Of a DNA stretch of 64,000 nt, positions 1-11,760 are shown one piece after another. The notes below the pieces were generated by a model. The model was not told the origin of the DNA. It made no database searches and was given only the letters and a program-made list of their open reading frames with translations. Position numbers and translations under genes: made by a program. Numbering within the stretch: position 1 is the first letter of the stretch; the number at the start of each line of letters is the position of its first letter. This DNA comes from Phyllobates terribilis. Its lineage: Eukaryota. The stretch is from the NCBI RefSeq assembly GCF_046119375.1, contig NW_027362769.1, positions 385,950,001 to 386,014,000 of the forward strand. The letters are read 5' to 3'.

Positions 1-3000
1 AGTTACATCCTGTATTATACTCCAGAGCTGCACTCCCTATTCTGCTGGTGCAGTCACTGTGTACATACATTACATTACTGATCCTGAGTTACATCCTGTA
101 TTATACCCAAGAGCTACACTCACTATTCTGCTGGTACAGTCACTGTGTACATACATTACTGATCCTGAGTTACATCCTGTATTATACTCCAGAGCTGCAC
201 TCACTATTCTGCTGGTGCAGTCACTGTGTACATACATTACATTACTGATCCTGAGTTACAACCTGTATTATACTCCAGAGCTGCACTCACTATTCTGCTG
301 GTACAGTCACTGTGTACATACATTACTGATCCTGAGTTACATCCTGTATTATACTCCAGAGCTGCACTCACTATTCTGCTGGTGCAGTCACTGTGTACAT
401 ACATTACATTACTGATCCTGAGTTACATCCTGTATTATACTCCAGAGCTGCACTCCCTATTCTGCTGGTGCAGTCACTGTGTACATACATTACTGATCCT
501 GAGTTACATCCTGTATTATACTCCAGAGCTGCGCTCACTATTCTGCTGGTGCAGTCACTGTGTACATACATTACATTACTGATCCTGAGTTACAACCTGT
601 ATTATACTCCAGAGCTGCACTCACTATTCTGCTGGTACAGTCACTGTGTACATACATTACTGATCCTGAGTTACATCCTGTATTATACTCCAGAGCTGCA
701 CTCACTATTCTGCTGGTACAGTCACTGTGTACATACATTACTGATCCTGAGTTACATTCTGTATTATACTCCAGAGCTGCACTCCCTATTCTGCTGGTGC
801 AGTCACTGTGTACATACATTACATTACTGATCCTGAGTTACATCCTGTATTATACCCCAGAGCTGCACTCACTATTCTGCTGGTGCAGTCACTGTGTACA
901 TACATTACATTACTGATCCTGAGTTACCTCCTGTATTATACTCCAGAGCTGCACTCACTATTCTGCTGGTGCAGTCACTGTATACATACATTACATTACT
1001 GATCCTCAGTTACCTCCTGTATTATACTTCAGAGCTGCACTCACTATTCTGCTGGTGCAGTCACTGTGCACATACATTACATTACTGATCCTGAGTTACA
1101 TCCTGTATTATACTCCAGAGCTGCACTCACTATTCTGCTGGTGGAGTCACTGTGTACATACATTACATTACTGATCCTGAATTACATCCTGTACTATACT
1201 CCAGAGCTGCACTCACTATTCTGCTGCTGCAGTCACTGTGTACATACATTACATTACTGATCCTGAGTTACATCCTGTATTATACTCCAGAGCTGCACTC
1301 ACTATTCTGCTGGTGCAGTCACTGTGTACATACATTACTGATCCTGAGTTACATCCTGTATTATACTCCAGAGCTGCGCTCACTATTCTGCTGGTGCAGT
1401 CACTGTGTACATACATTACATTACTGATCCTGAGTTACATCCTGTATTATACTCCAGAGCTGCACTCCCTATTTTGCTGGTGCAGTCACTGTGTACATAC
1501 ATTAACTTACTGATCCTGAGTTACATCCTGTATTATACTCCAGAGCAGCACTCACTATTCTGCTGGTGGAGTCACTGTGTACATATATTACATTACTGAT
1601 CCTGAGTTACATCCTGTATTATACTCCAGAGCTGCACTCACTATTCTGCTGGTGCAGTCACTGTGCACATACATTACATTACTGATCCTGAGTTACATCC
1701 TGCATTATACTCCAGAGCTGCACTCACTATTCTGCTGGTGCAGTCACTGTGTACATACATTACATTACTGATCCTGAGTTACATCCTGTATTATACCCCA
1801 GAGCTGCACTCACTATTCTGCTGGTGCAGTCACTGCGTACATACATTACATTACTGATCCTGAGTTACATCCTGTATTATACTCCAGAGCTGCACTCACT
1901 ATTCTGCTGGTGCAGTCACTGTGTACATATATTACATTACTGATCCTGAGTTACATCCTGTATTATACCCCAGAGCTGCACTCACTATTCTGCTGGTGCA
2001 GTCACTGTGTACATACATTACATTACTGATCCTGAGTTACATCCTGTATTATACCCCAGAGCTGCACTCACTATTCTGCGGGTGCAGTCACTGTGTACAT
2101 ATATTACTGATCCTGAGTTACATCCTGTATTATACTCCAGAGCTGCGCTCACTATTCTGCGGGTGCAGTCACTGTGTACATACATTACATTACTGATCCT
2201 GAGTTACATCCTGTATTATACTCCAGAGCTGCGCTCACTATTCTGCGGGTGCAGTCACTGTGTACATACATTACATTACTGATCCTGAGTTACATCCTGT
2301 ATTATACTCCAGAGCTGCACTCACTATTCTGCTGGTACAGTCACTGTGTACATTCATTACATTACTGATCCTGAGTTACATCCTGTATTATACCCCAGAG
2401 CTGCACTCACTATTCTGCGGGTGCAGTCACTGTGTACATACATTACATTACTGATCCTGAGTTACATCCTGTATTATACTCCAGAGCTGCACTCACTATT
2501 CTGCTGGTACAGTCACTGTGTACATACATTACATTACTGATCCTGAGTTACATCCTGTATTATACTCCAGAGCTGCGCTCACTATTCTGCTGGTGCAGTC
2601 ACTGTGTACATACATTGCATTACAGATCCTGTGTTACATCCTGTATTATACCCCAGAGCTGCATTCACTATTCTGCTGGTGCAGTCACTGTGTACATACA
2701 TTACATTACTGATCCTGAGTTACATCCTGTATTATACCCCAGAGCTGCATTCACTATTCTGCTGGTGCAGTCACTGTGTACATACATTACATTACTGATC
2801 CTGAGTTACATCCTGTATTATACCCCAGAGCTGCACTCACTATTCTGCGGGTGCAGTCACTGTGTACATACATTACATTACTGATCCTGAGTTACATCCT
2901 GTATTATACCCCAGAGCTGCACTCACTATTCTGCTGGTGCAGTCACTGTGTACATACATTACATTACTGATCCTGAGTTACATCCTGTATTATACTCCAG

Positions 3001-3371
3001 AGCTGCACTCACTATTCTGCTGGTGCAGTCACTGTGTACATACATTACATTACTGATCCTGAGTTACATCCTGTATTATACTCCAGAGCTGCACTCACTA
3101 TTCTGCTGGTGCAGTCACTGTGTACATACATTACATTGCTGATCCTGAGTTACATCCTGTATTATACTCCAGAGCTGCACTCACTATTCTGCTGGTGCAG
3201 TCACTGTGTACATACATTACATTGCTGATCCTGAGTTACATCCTGTATTATACTCCAGAGCTGCACTCACTATTCTGCTGGTGCAGTCACTGTGTACATA
3301 TATTACATTACTGATCCTGAGTTACCTCCTGCATTATACTCCAGAGCTGCACTCCCCATTCTGCTGGTGCA
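1..3371. repeat. 86-bp tandem repeat array (~39 copies in window, open at the left edge), with 81-bp variants
   Basis: Unit ATCCTGTATTATACTCCAGAGCTGCACTCACTATTCTGCTGGTGCAGTCACTGTGTACATACATTACATTACTGATCCTGAGTTAC; spurious ORF starts recur every 86 nt (808/894, 1066/1152/1238); 81-bp units lack one CATTA. Confidence 0.98.
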
Positions 3372-3499
3372 TTTGTGCTTTGGTACAGGTCATTTGATGT
3401 CAGGCGCCTTGCTGACGGTTTCCAGTACTGTGTAGCCCTGTTTGTGCTGTGTTAGCTGCTGTACTCTACACCTCACACTGCACTCAGCTCCTCACAGCT

Positions 3500-4290
3500 C
3501 AGCTTCCTGTGACGTCATACTGTAAACAGTGATTGTTGCAGCAGCAGGGAGGTCACTGAGGTCAGTGTCAGACTGACGTCATCAGCCAACCCAGGAAACC
3601 CTGGTACACAACACACCGACTGGCCCGAGCTGTCCATCACTGCCAGACCACGCCCACTCCGCCGGGTCCTCTCCTTCTATTGGTGAGCGGGATGATTACC
3701 GTATATGGTCTGCCACTGCCACAGCGAACGCTCCTATTGGCTGAGAGGCGACGCCTCCTGGTGATGTCACTACACAAACAAAGCGCAGCATGCCGGGACT
3801 TGTAGTTCCTGCCGGAAGATACCATGTGTAGGTGGGACGACTTTCCCAGCATTGCCCAGTACAACTCCCCTCAGGTGACTGCACACAGGTGTAAGCACAC
3901 CATTACTTATCCATTCATGCATTATACACGTAGTCAGTCACGTGACATATAATATTATTATTTATCTGCATTTTGTATGGATGAGAGCAAATGTTATTGT
4001 GGTTTGTGGCTACAAAGTGGTGTGTTATTTATGACGTCATTCTGTGGTGACCATAAGACTATTCATCAGACGTGACGTCCCAGATCAGCAGAAAGCGACT
4101 AATTCGAGTGATCGAGGGCGATCGGTGAGCTCGGGTCGTACCATGTGCTTGTATGAGGGGAGCCGTGTGTGCAAACTCCTAGAAATCTGCAGCCGCACTC
4201 AGCAGCGTATAAAACTACAGCTCCCATCAGGCTGTGCTGGTCTCCGCCTCCTCTGGGTGTATCTGGCTGATGCGCAGCTGCAGGGAGGCG
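3500..4290. promoter_or_regulatory. CpG-rich promoter upstream of UBALD1
   Basis: Perfect CRE palindromes TGACGTCA at 3510, 3574 and 4032; inverted CCAAT (ATTGG) at 3679 and 3736; ZNF143/Staf-type motifs at 3788-3806 (revcomp ACTACAAGTCCCGGCATGC) and 4214-4232 (ACTACAGCTCCCATCAGGC); CCGGAAG ETS core near 3812; TATAAAA at 4208-4214. Confidence 0.7.
4240..4290 (+). other. UBALD1: Probable non-coding first exon of UBALD1 (start approximate)
   Basis: TATAAAA about 30 nt upstream; strong donor GCG|GTGAGT at 4291; matching acceptor TTTCTGGTTTTGTATCCGCAG| ending at 4407, 43 nt before the ATG. Confidence 0.5.
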
Positions 4291-4420
4291 GTGAGTGCGG
4301 TGTGTTGTGTATATAGATGTGTGTACCGGTGTGTGCCTCTCATGGTGGTCCTAGTGCAGGGGGCTCCCTACCACTCTTATCCTTTATTTCTGGTTTTGTA
4401 TCCGCAGAGCGGTGCAGTGA

Positions 4421-5160
<740 letters not shown>

Positions 5161-5248
5161 ACTCCTGTGGACGATCTAGAGGGCAGGTTGGTTGTCGCTT
5201 AACTGACTTTATGCTTTGTTTTGCTTTTACTTTCTCCCCTCTCCGCAG

Positions 5249-5308
5249 ACCGCCCTTAGCGCTTTCTTCCAGGAGACAAATCTGCCGCACATCCCGCACC
5301 AGCAGATG
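5249..5308 (+). CDS. UBALD1: UBALD1 coding exon 2 (TALSAFFQETNLPHIPHQQM)
   Basis: Polypyrimidine acceptor ...TTTCTCCCCTCTCCGCAG|ACC; donor ATG|GTAAGT; matches family motif TALSAFFQETN; phase 0/0. Confidence 0.95.
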
Positions 5309-5599
5309 GTAAGTTGGAGATAATGGGCTGTGAGAATGGGGGAGGGGCTCCTATCAGCAAATATCTTTTATTTATTTTATTTGCTTTTGTTCTTGGAGAT
5401 GTATCTTGTTTTTACTTCTCTAAATGCTGCACCTCCAGGAATGCAGCAGAATTGTGAATGCAGCTCTGAATGTGACTGGAGTATAAAACATCCAGTTAGA
5501 GGAAAAATGGGCAGGGAATTGGGAAAGATTTTGCTTGCTGTCATTGAATGAAACCATTCTTCAATATTTCCAGAGGCTCAAAGCCTGTACAGATTTAAT

Positions 5600-5825
5600 G
5601 CTCACAGCTGAAGGTTTGTTACAATTGTATCCAGCCTACGCTGAGTTAAACCGCCTCAGCTATGAGAAGCTTGTGCCGTCTACTGCAGCTGAGATCACTG
5701 ATTGTCTGCAGCGCTGTAGACTATAACACGCACCAGAAGCAGCGGCCTTTGACTTGGGGAGGTTGAGTAAAGCACAGGCTTCCCCTTTTTTTTTCACTTA
5801 ATTGTAACAAACCCTCAGCTGTTAG
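5600..5825. mobile_element. Small inverted-repeat (MITE-like) element
   Basis: CAGCTGAAGGTTTGTTACAATT near 5603 pairs with AATTGTAACAAACCCTCAGCTG near 5800. Confidence 0.55.
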
Positions 5826-5919
5826 AAGTATTAGGTCAGTCTGGTTGTAGGTAAACGCTCCAGTCCTTGACAGCATGCGGAGAAGGAGGACAATGTGTGA
5901 TATTTTGTATAGTCAAGTA

Positions 5920-6151
5920 CGAGGGTGAGTCAAAAAAAACCCGCACTCTTTGATAGATCCTAAACAGCAAAACTAATTGGCGCAGCTGCTCTTCTCGTGC
6001 AAATCACAAGTGGGGCGGCCATTTGTTTCTCGCACAGCCGTCATAAATGAACTAATTTAACATGTTCAATCCTGCACGGCGGGGAGACGGCGACCTCGTA
6101 CGGAAAGTGCTGAGAAGACCGTGCAGCAAAAAATATTTTGACTCGCCCTCG
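5920..6151. mobile_element. Mariner-type MITE (232 bp)
   Basis: TA|CGAGGGTGAGTCAAAA ... TTTTGACTCGCCCTCG|CA terminal inverted repeats; the right TA target duplication has decayed to CA; no coding capacity. Confidence 0.8.
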
Positions 6152-6171
6152 CAGTTTGCTTTTCAGCTGTT

Positions 6172-6240
6172 GCAAAACTACAACTCCCACCATGCCTTGT
6201 CAGCTGGAGCTGTAAGGGCATTCTGGGAACTTTAGTTTCA
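6172..6240. repeat. Short palindromic element carrying paired ZNF143-like motifs
   Basis: AAACTACAACTCCCACCATGCC ... GGGCATTCTGGGAACTTTAGTTT form an imperfect hairpin. Confidence 0.55.
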
Positions 6241-6278
6241 AACCTGATGAGCCCCATTTTGTTCTTTTTTATATATAA

Positions 6279-6599
<321 letters not shown>

Positions 6600-6957
6600 G
6601 GCGCCAAGTACTGACTGACCTCAAGGAGGCAGGATGGAGGAGGGTGGTGTGAAGACTTTAATCAGCTGCCTGCACCTTCCAAGTATTGCCACCTCAGCAA
6701 TGCGGCAGCCATCTTCTTTCTGATGCACTCGTTACCTCACTTGCCTGCAGAGCGTTGCACCACTAGAAAGATGCTCTGCACGATTACCACATGGCAGAGC
6801 CGCCAGCCATACCTCATACTGCATTTGAGCGTTTCCGGGCCTCAGCACGCGGAGCTCACGGTGTCGGGTTTATGGGTTGTTTTTTTGGGATGTCCTTTAA
6901 CCCTTTGATGTCATTTACTACAGATATTCCTGTAGCGGTTTTCAGAAGTTGATAAAA

Positions 6958-6963
6958 AATAAA
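6958..6963 (+). terminator. Polyadenylation signal of UBALD1
   Basis: AATAAA about 360 nt after the stop codon, followed by T-rich sequence. Confidence 0.65.
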
Positions 6964-7091
6964 CACTTTAATCTTCTATGCACCTGTAGCCTGGATCTGA
7001 GGAGGGAGGAATCTGCAAAATATGTCAAAAAAATAACTTTAGTGTCTTTCTTCTAGGCCAAGGTATCATAAATTGGAGTGTCGGCCTCCAT

Positions 7092-7238
7092 GGCCTGAGG
7101 CTGCACTACTGAGAGGTGATGGCTATAACCTGCTGGAGCTGACTACGCCAGGTGTGAGTGGTGGTCTCTCTCCATGCAAGGTTTCCATAGCAACACCGCA
7201 CCTGGCAGGAATCTGACTCAGTGGTGCAGCCTCAGGCC
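7092..7238. repeat. Inverted-repeat element containing an RFX X-box
   Basis: Perfect 15-bp inverted repeat GGCCTGAGGCTGCAC (7092) / GTGCAGCCTCAGGCC (7224); GTTTCCATAGCAAC at 7181-7194. Confidence 0.5.
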
Positions 7239-7547
7239 TGTAACTGGAGTATAACTAGGCCTAGATGTCAGATATAGAAAAAGGGTTTCACGTTATGGTT
7301 TGTCTTTCAATTGTGTAAATTTAGGGTGGCGGGGAGACATCTTAGACCCAAAGGGAAGAATTTGGACGAATTCAGGCTCATGGTCCAAATTATGCCCGAT
7401 GATGATCACAAAAAATATGGCTGCCTGTAGGTGATTTCACACAGCTTTCCGGAGTCCTGACTGACAAATCCTCCCACTTACAAGGTAGATTTGTCATTCG
7501 GGCCTGCAGGAAAAAGACAAAGCCTAGGCCTTGTTTATATGGTCTTT

Positions 7548-7640
7548 GTTGTCCATGGCAACCAATCACAGCGCAGCTTTAGTCTATTAATCTGTTCTGG
7601 TTAAATGAAAGCTGTTCTGTGATTGGTTGTTATGGGCAGC
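7548..7640. repeat. Short hairpin repeat element with X-box-like end
   Basis: CAACCAATCACAGCGCAGCTTT pairs with AAAGCTGTTCTGTGATTGGTTG; begins GTTGTCCATGGCAAC. Confidence 0.5.
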
Positions 7641-7904
7641 TAAGGCCATTTTCCTTTTTTAGAACTTTTTCTGTGTAATTGTGGCCATATCGCCCACAGG
7701 GGCTGTCATGGTGTCTGATACTGTGGAGATTAGTGGCCATGTTGGTCATCAACTAGAAAAATAGAAGTAGTAAACTGCTGAACAGAATTGTGGCTGACTT
7801 TTTCTTGTGTGAAATTTTAAAGCCTTTTAGTACTGGGTTTGGGGTCAGGCTGGAGCTGGCAAACTGAAGGGACAGACGCTTCCCACGTACATGACATGCC
7901 TGTC

Positions 7905-8640
7905 TGTGATCAGTGCCACACGTAACCTACTCGTACATGGTCGGCCTGTCTAATCAGTGCTGTACAGAACCTGACCCGCCCATCTGTGGTCTGTCATGTG
8001 ACCTGCCTGTGCTCGGTGCCATGCATCTGCCAATACACTGCCTGCCTGTGCTCGGTGCCATGCATCTGCCCATACACTGCCTGCCTGTGATCGGTGCCAT
8101 GCATAACCTGACAATCTACCCATACCTGACATACCCGTCTGTCATATGTAACCAGCTCATGTACTTATTTGTGACCTGTCTATGATCAGTGCCACATGTA
8201 CCCTGCTCATACATGGCCGGCCTGATCAGTGCTGTACATGACCTGACCTGCCTGTACTCAGTGCCGTACATAACCTGAGCATCGGCCCATACCTGAGCTG
8301 CCAGTCTGCGTCCTGCCTGTGATCAGTGCCATACGTGATCTGATTTACGTGCCCATATGTGACCTTCTCATCCACCCACTGGTGGCCCCACATGACCTGT
8401 TCACCTACCCCCTGTACATGACCTTGCCCTTCTGGTCACTGTCCTACGTGCCCTGCTCATCTGCGATCAATGGCCGTATGTGACCTGCTTAGCTGCCCGT
8501 CTATGCCTGGACAGGACCTGCTCATCTACCCCCGTAACAGAGCCTACCCATCTGCCCCCTTGTCGTCGGTGACCTTCTTGTCCGTCCATCGATGCCTGTA
8601 CGTAATTTGTCCATCAGTAGGAAGTACCTGTACGTGACTT
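7905..8640. repeat. Degenerate minisatellite between the two converging 3' ends
   Basis: Recurrent GATCAGTGCC / ACATGACCTG / CCTGCCTGT motifs; near-exact tandem CCTGCCTGTGCTCGGTGCCATGCATCTGCC at ~8003-8100; block ~7905 is echoed at ~8184. Confidence 0.7.
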
Positions 8641-8681
8641 GCTCATCAGTCAGTGCCTGTTCATGACTCTTGTATTGCACA

Positions 8682-8713
8682 TTTATTACGTGACAGGTGA
8701 TTTCAGGTTTATT
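8682..8713 (-). terminator. Tandem polyadenylation signals of the C16orf96-like gene
   Basis: TTTATT on + (AATAAA on -) at 8708-8713 and 8682-8687, 120-150 nt past the stop codon. Confidence 0.6.
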
Positions 8714-8835
8714 TCATACATGAGAAAAATAAAAACTCCCGTTATAAAGTCCAGGAGTGACACATATGCAAGTTGAGGCCCAGCAGCGGGTGGCAGCAGG
8801 GATGGTGTTGTGGGGGGTGAAGGTTTCTTCCTTGG

Positions 8836-8987
8836 TCAGACCGCCTGCTCCTCAGGGTTGATTGGTTGCTGTAGCATGTTCGTGCCATCCATGGCCGAGG
8901 GCACATAAAACATGGGCTGCGTGGAGTTTGTGGCAGATGACGACTGTAGTGCGGAGCGGGACGATCGCGCAGAATGACTCGCAGGCC
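8836..8987 (-). CDS. C16orf96: C16orf96-like exon 16, terminal (RPASHSARSS...QQPINPEEQAV*)
   Basis: CCCCTCTCTGTCCACCAG| acceptor in the required phase 1; TGA at 8838-8836; polyA signals downstream. Confidence 0.75.
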
Positions 8988-9072
8988 CTGGTGGACAGAG
9001 AGGGGTAGATACAGTACTTCTAATGCCTGTGCCCTATTAGGGTTAGTGGCCCTTTTAAGCTGCGTGGCTTAC

Positions 9073-9165
9073 GTGAGGTGTGGGTGCTGGAACTCCTGCA
9101 GTGTGGGGTAGCAGAGCGTGCTCGTTCCACTGGGATCCTGTATGGTGGCTGTGGGGTCTTCACTG
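9073..9165 (-). CDS. C16orf96: C16orf96-like exon 15 (AVKTPQPPYRIPVERARSATPHCRSSSTHTS)
   Basis: CTTCTCCCCCAG| acceptor; CAC|GTAAGC donor; phase 1/1; cf. AVKAPSPP...DRVHS. Confidence 0.85.
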
Positions 9166-9232
9166 CTGGGGGAGAAGTCACCAGTGAGACCAGAGTCAAC
9201 AATGCAAAAGAAAAAGATGGGCTGACACTCAC

Positions 9233-9326
9233 CGGGGCTGTCCCGCTCAGCAATGTAAGCCGCGTGACTCTTGTCCAACCGTCCCTTGTACATTACACCA
9301 TCAATCCCCATCAGGTCAAACTCCGT
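9233..9326 (-). CDS. C16orf96: C16orf96-like exon 14 (TEFDLMGIDGVMYKGRLDKSHAAYIAERDSP)
   Basis: CCCTCTGCTCCACAG| acceptor; CCG|GTGAGT donor; cf. EVDILGVDGILYKGR. Confidence 0.92.
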
Positions 9327-9499
9327 CTGTGGAGCAGAGGGTGAAAAGTCTGTCATATCCATAAAGCTTGTGAACCTTTCAGAATTGTCCTTATTTCTGC
9401 CTATATTTCACCTAAAACCACATCTGATTTTTCACTCGTCTTAAAAGTTAGATAAGAAAAGCAATATTTTTGACTTGAGTAAAATGATCTAATGGCATA

Positions 9500-11128
9500 C
9501 AGTTGTGCTCAAAAGTTTACATACCCCGACAGAATTTTTCCTTTCTTGGCCTTGTTTCAGAGAATATGAATGACAACAAAAAAAAACTTTTTCTCCACTC
9601 ATGGTTATTGGTTGGGTGAAGCCATTTATTGTCAAACTACTGTGAAAAAGAGAACACAATCTTAATGACAACCAAAAACATCCAAATGACCCTGATCACA
9701 AGTTCACATACTCCAGTTCTTAATACTGTGTATTGCCCCCTCTAACATCAAAGTCTTTTGTGGTAGTTGTGGATGAGGTTCTTTATTTTCTCAGATGGTA
9801 AAGCTGCCCATTCTTCTTGGCAAAAAGCCTCCAGTTCCTGTAAATTCCTGGGTTGTCTCTCATGAACTGTGCGCTTGAGATCTCCCCACAGTGGCTCAAT
9901 GATATTGAGGTCAGGAGACTGAGATGGCCACTCCAGAACCTTCACTTTGTTCTGCTGTAGCCAATGACAGGTCGACTTGGCCTTGTGTTTTGGATCGTTG
10001 TCATGTTGGAACGTCCAAGTACGTCCCATGTGCAGCTTCCGGGCTGATGAGTGCAAATTTGCCTCCAGTATTTGCTGATAACGTGCTGCATTCATCTTTC
10101 CTTCAACTTTTACCAAGTTCCTGTGTCTTTGTAGCTCGCGCATCTCCAAAACATCAGCGATCCACCTCCATGCTTTACTGTAGGAATGGTGTTCCTTTCA
10201 TCATAGGCCTTGTTGACCTCTCTCCAAAAGTAACGTTTAGGGTTGTGGCCAAAAAGTTCAATTTTGGTCTCATCACGCCAAATTACCTTGTTCCAGAAGT
10301 TTTGAGGCTTGTCTCTGTGCTGTTTGGCGTATTGTAGGCGAGATACTTTGTGGCATTTGCGCAGTAATGGCTTTCTTCTGGCGACTTGACCATTCAGCCC
10401 ATTTTTCTTCAAGTGCCTCCTTATTGTGCATCTTGATACAGCCACACCACTAGTTTTTAGAGAGTTCTGAATTTCAGCTGATGTTATTCATGGGGTTTTC
10501 TTTGCATCCCAAACCAATTTTCCTAGCAGTTGTGGCCGAAATTTTTGTTGGTCTACCTGACTGTGGTTTGATTTTTACAGAGCCCCTGATTATCCATTTG
10601 TTAATCACAGTTTGAACCCTACTGACTGGCATTATCAATTCCTTGGATATCTTTTTGTATCCCTTTCCTGTGTTATACTGTTCAACTACCTTTTCCCGTA
10701 GATCCATTGACAATTCTTTGACGTTTCTGGATTGTGAGGCATGGGGAAAGCAAGCGGCTGGAAGAAAGATGCAAGAGTCTGTCTGGATCCCAGAAACTCA
10801 CTCAGCTTTTATGCACACACTGATAAGTAAACAGGTCACAGGTAAGAATGGTACCTTTAGTAGCCATTCAAACCCATTTGTGTCAAATTCTGTACATGTT
10901 ATCAGGCCAAAATCACCCGGGTATGTGAACTTTTGATCAGGGTCATTTGGATGTTTTGGTTGTCATTATGATTTAAAAAGAGAAAACACAGTAGTTTGAC
11001 AATAAATGGCTTCACCCAACCAATAACCATGAGTGGAGAAAAAGGTTTTTTGTTATCATTCATATTCTCTGAAACAAGGCCAAGAAAGGAAAAATTCTGC
11101 CGGGTATGTAAACTTTTGAGCACAACTG
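9500..11128 (-). mobile_element. Tc1/mariner DNA transposon, IR/DR (Sleeping Beauty-like) type, 1629 bp
   Basis: TA|CAGTTGTGCTCAAAAGTTTACATACCC ... GGGTATGTAAACTTTTGAGCACAACTG|TA; ~215-bp terminal inverted repeats, each with an outer (AAAGTTTACATAC) and inner (CAAGTTCACATAC) direct repeat; TA duplication at 9498-9499 and 11129-11130. Confidence 0.95.
9720..10752 (-). pseudogene. Inactivated Tc1 DD34E transposase
   Basis: Three frameshifted ORFs: 10474-10713 paired-like HTH (DLREKVV..GKGYKKISKEL..GRP); 10110-10445 (RRKPLL, WRDETK, TVKHGGGSLMFW); 9748-10149 (QHDNDPKH, WPSQSPDLNIIE). Small deletion near the C-terminus; start codon inverted. Confidence 0.93.
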
Positions 11129-11302
11129 TATGTCTGTGAATTGTAAAAGTATGTGACCCTTTTGGCCCGGGCAACACTGTGACTTTTTTTTAGATAAAAT
11201 CAGATGTAGTTTTAGCTATAAATTATACAGAAATAAGGAAAATACTGAAGGGTTCACAAACTTTTAAGCACCAGTGTATCTGTCTGTGATGTCCATGCTT
11301 AC

Positions 11303-11453
11303 GTTCTTGTACTGGATTTGCCCGGGGTCTCCGTACGGGAACACTGTGCTGAGGTTTTGGTTGCACGATGATTTTCGGTGGATTGAGTAGGCGCTGTGGG
11401 GTCTCGGGGACTCGCTGTACTGGAGCTCGGGGTCTGACATCTGGGTGGGATCT
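11303..11453 (-). CDS. C16orf96: C16orf96-like exon 13 (DPTQMSD...LSTVFPYGDPGQIQYKN)
   Basis: CTCGTCTTTTCAG| acceptor; AAC|GTAAGC donor; cf. LLTLYPYGDPHVIDY. Confidence 0.85.
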
Positions 11454-11669
11454 CTGAAAAGACGAGTCCATGTGAACACTGGGTTAATACGACTCATGGT
11501 GAAAGTGGTCCATAGTCCTATACACACAGGTAGGACAGATCTGGTGATCTACACCAGGCAGATTGTCAGTCCCCTAAGGAGACTGACAACCATCCTCCTG
11601 TGAATGTATAGAAATTTGTCCATACTCCCCCATAACCATGTGTACAGTGCTGATAGCAGACGCACATAC

Positions 11670-11726
11670 CCGGGGGTCTTGTAATCTCTGCTTCGGGGGT
11701 TCAGAGAGCGCACTGTAACCAGATGT
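11670..11726 (-). CDS. C16orf96: C16orf96-like exon 12 (HLVTVRSLNPRSRDYKTP)
   Basis: TTCTCTCTCTTTTGCAG| acceptor; CGG|GTATGT donor; phase 2/2; cf. HLITIR. Confidence 0.82.
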
Positions 11727-11760
11727 CTGCAAAAGAGAGAGAATCACAAATGGATACGAT

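Larger units (their letters stand above)
9362..11276. mobile_element. Older Tc1-derived non-autonomous element split by the 1.6-kb insertion (arms ~9362-9497 and 11131-11276)
   Basis: Left AAAGCTTGTGAACCTTTCAGAATTGTCC and CTAAAACCACATCTGATTTT mirror right GGAAAATACTGAAGGGTTCACAAACTTTT and AAAATCAGATGTAGTTTTAG; right end ...GCACCAGTG|TA is Tc1-like. Confidence 0.7.

Noticed and set aside
48-3397. Repetitive ORFs MYIHYITDPELHPVLYSRAAL..
   Set aside because: Translations of the 86/81-bp tandem unit; the frame shifts every unit.
3372-3700. First coding exon of MGRN1 (expected from human synteny)
   Set aside because: No - strand frame gives MGRN1-like sequence, and no convincing donor was found.
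9748-10713. Active transposase gene
   Set aside because: Split over three frames, start codon inverted, C-terminal deletion.
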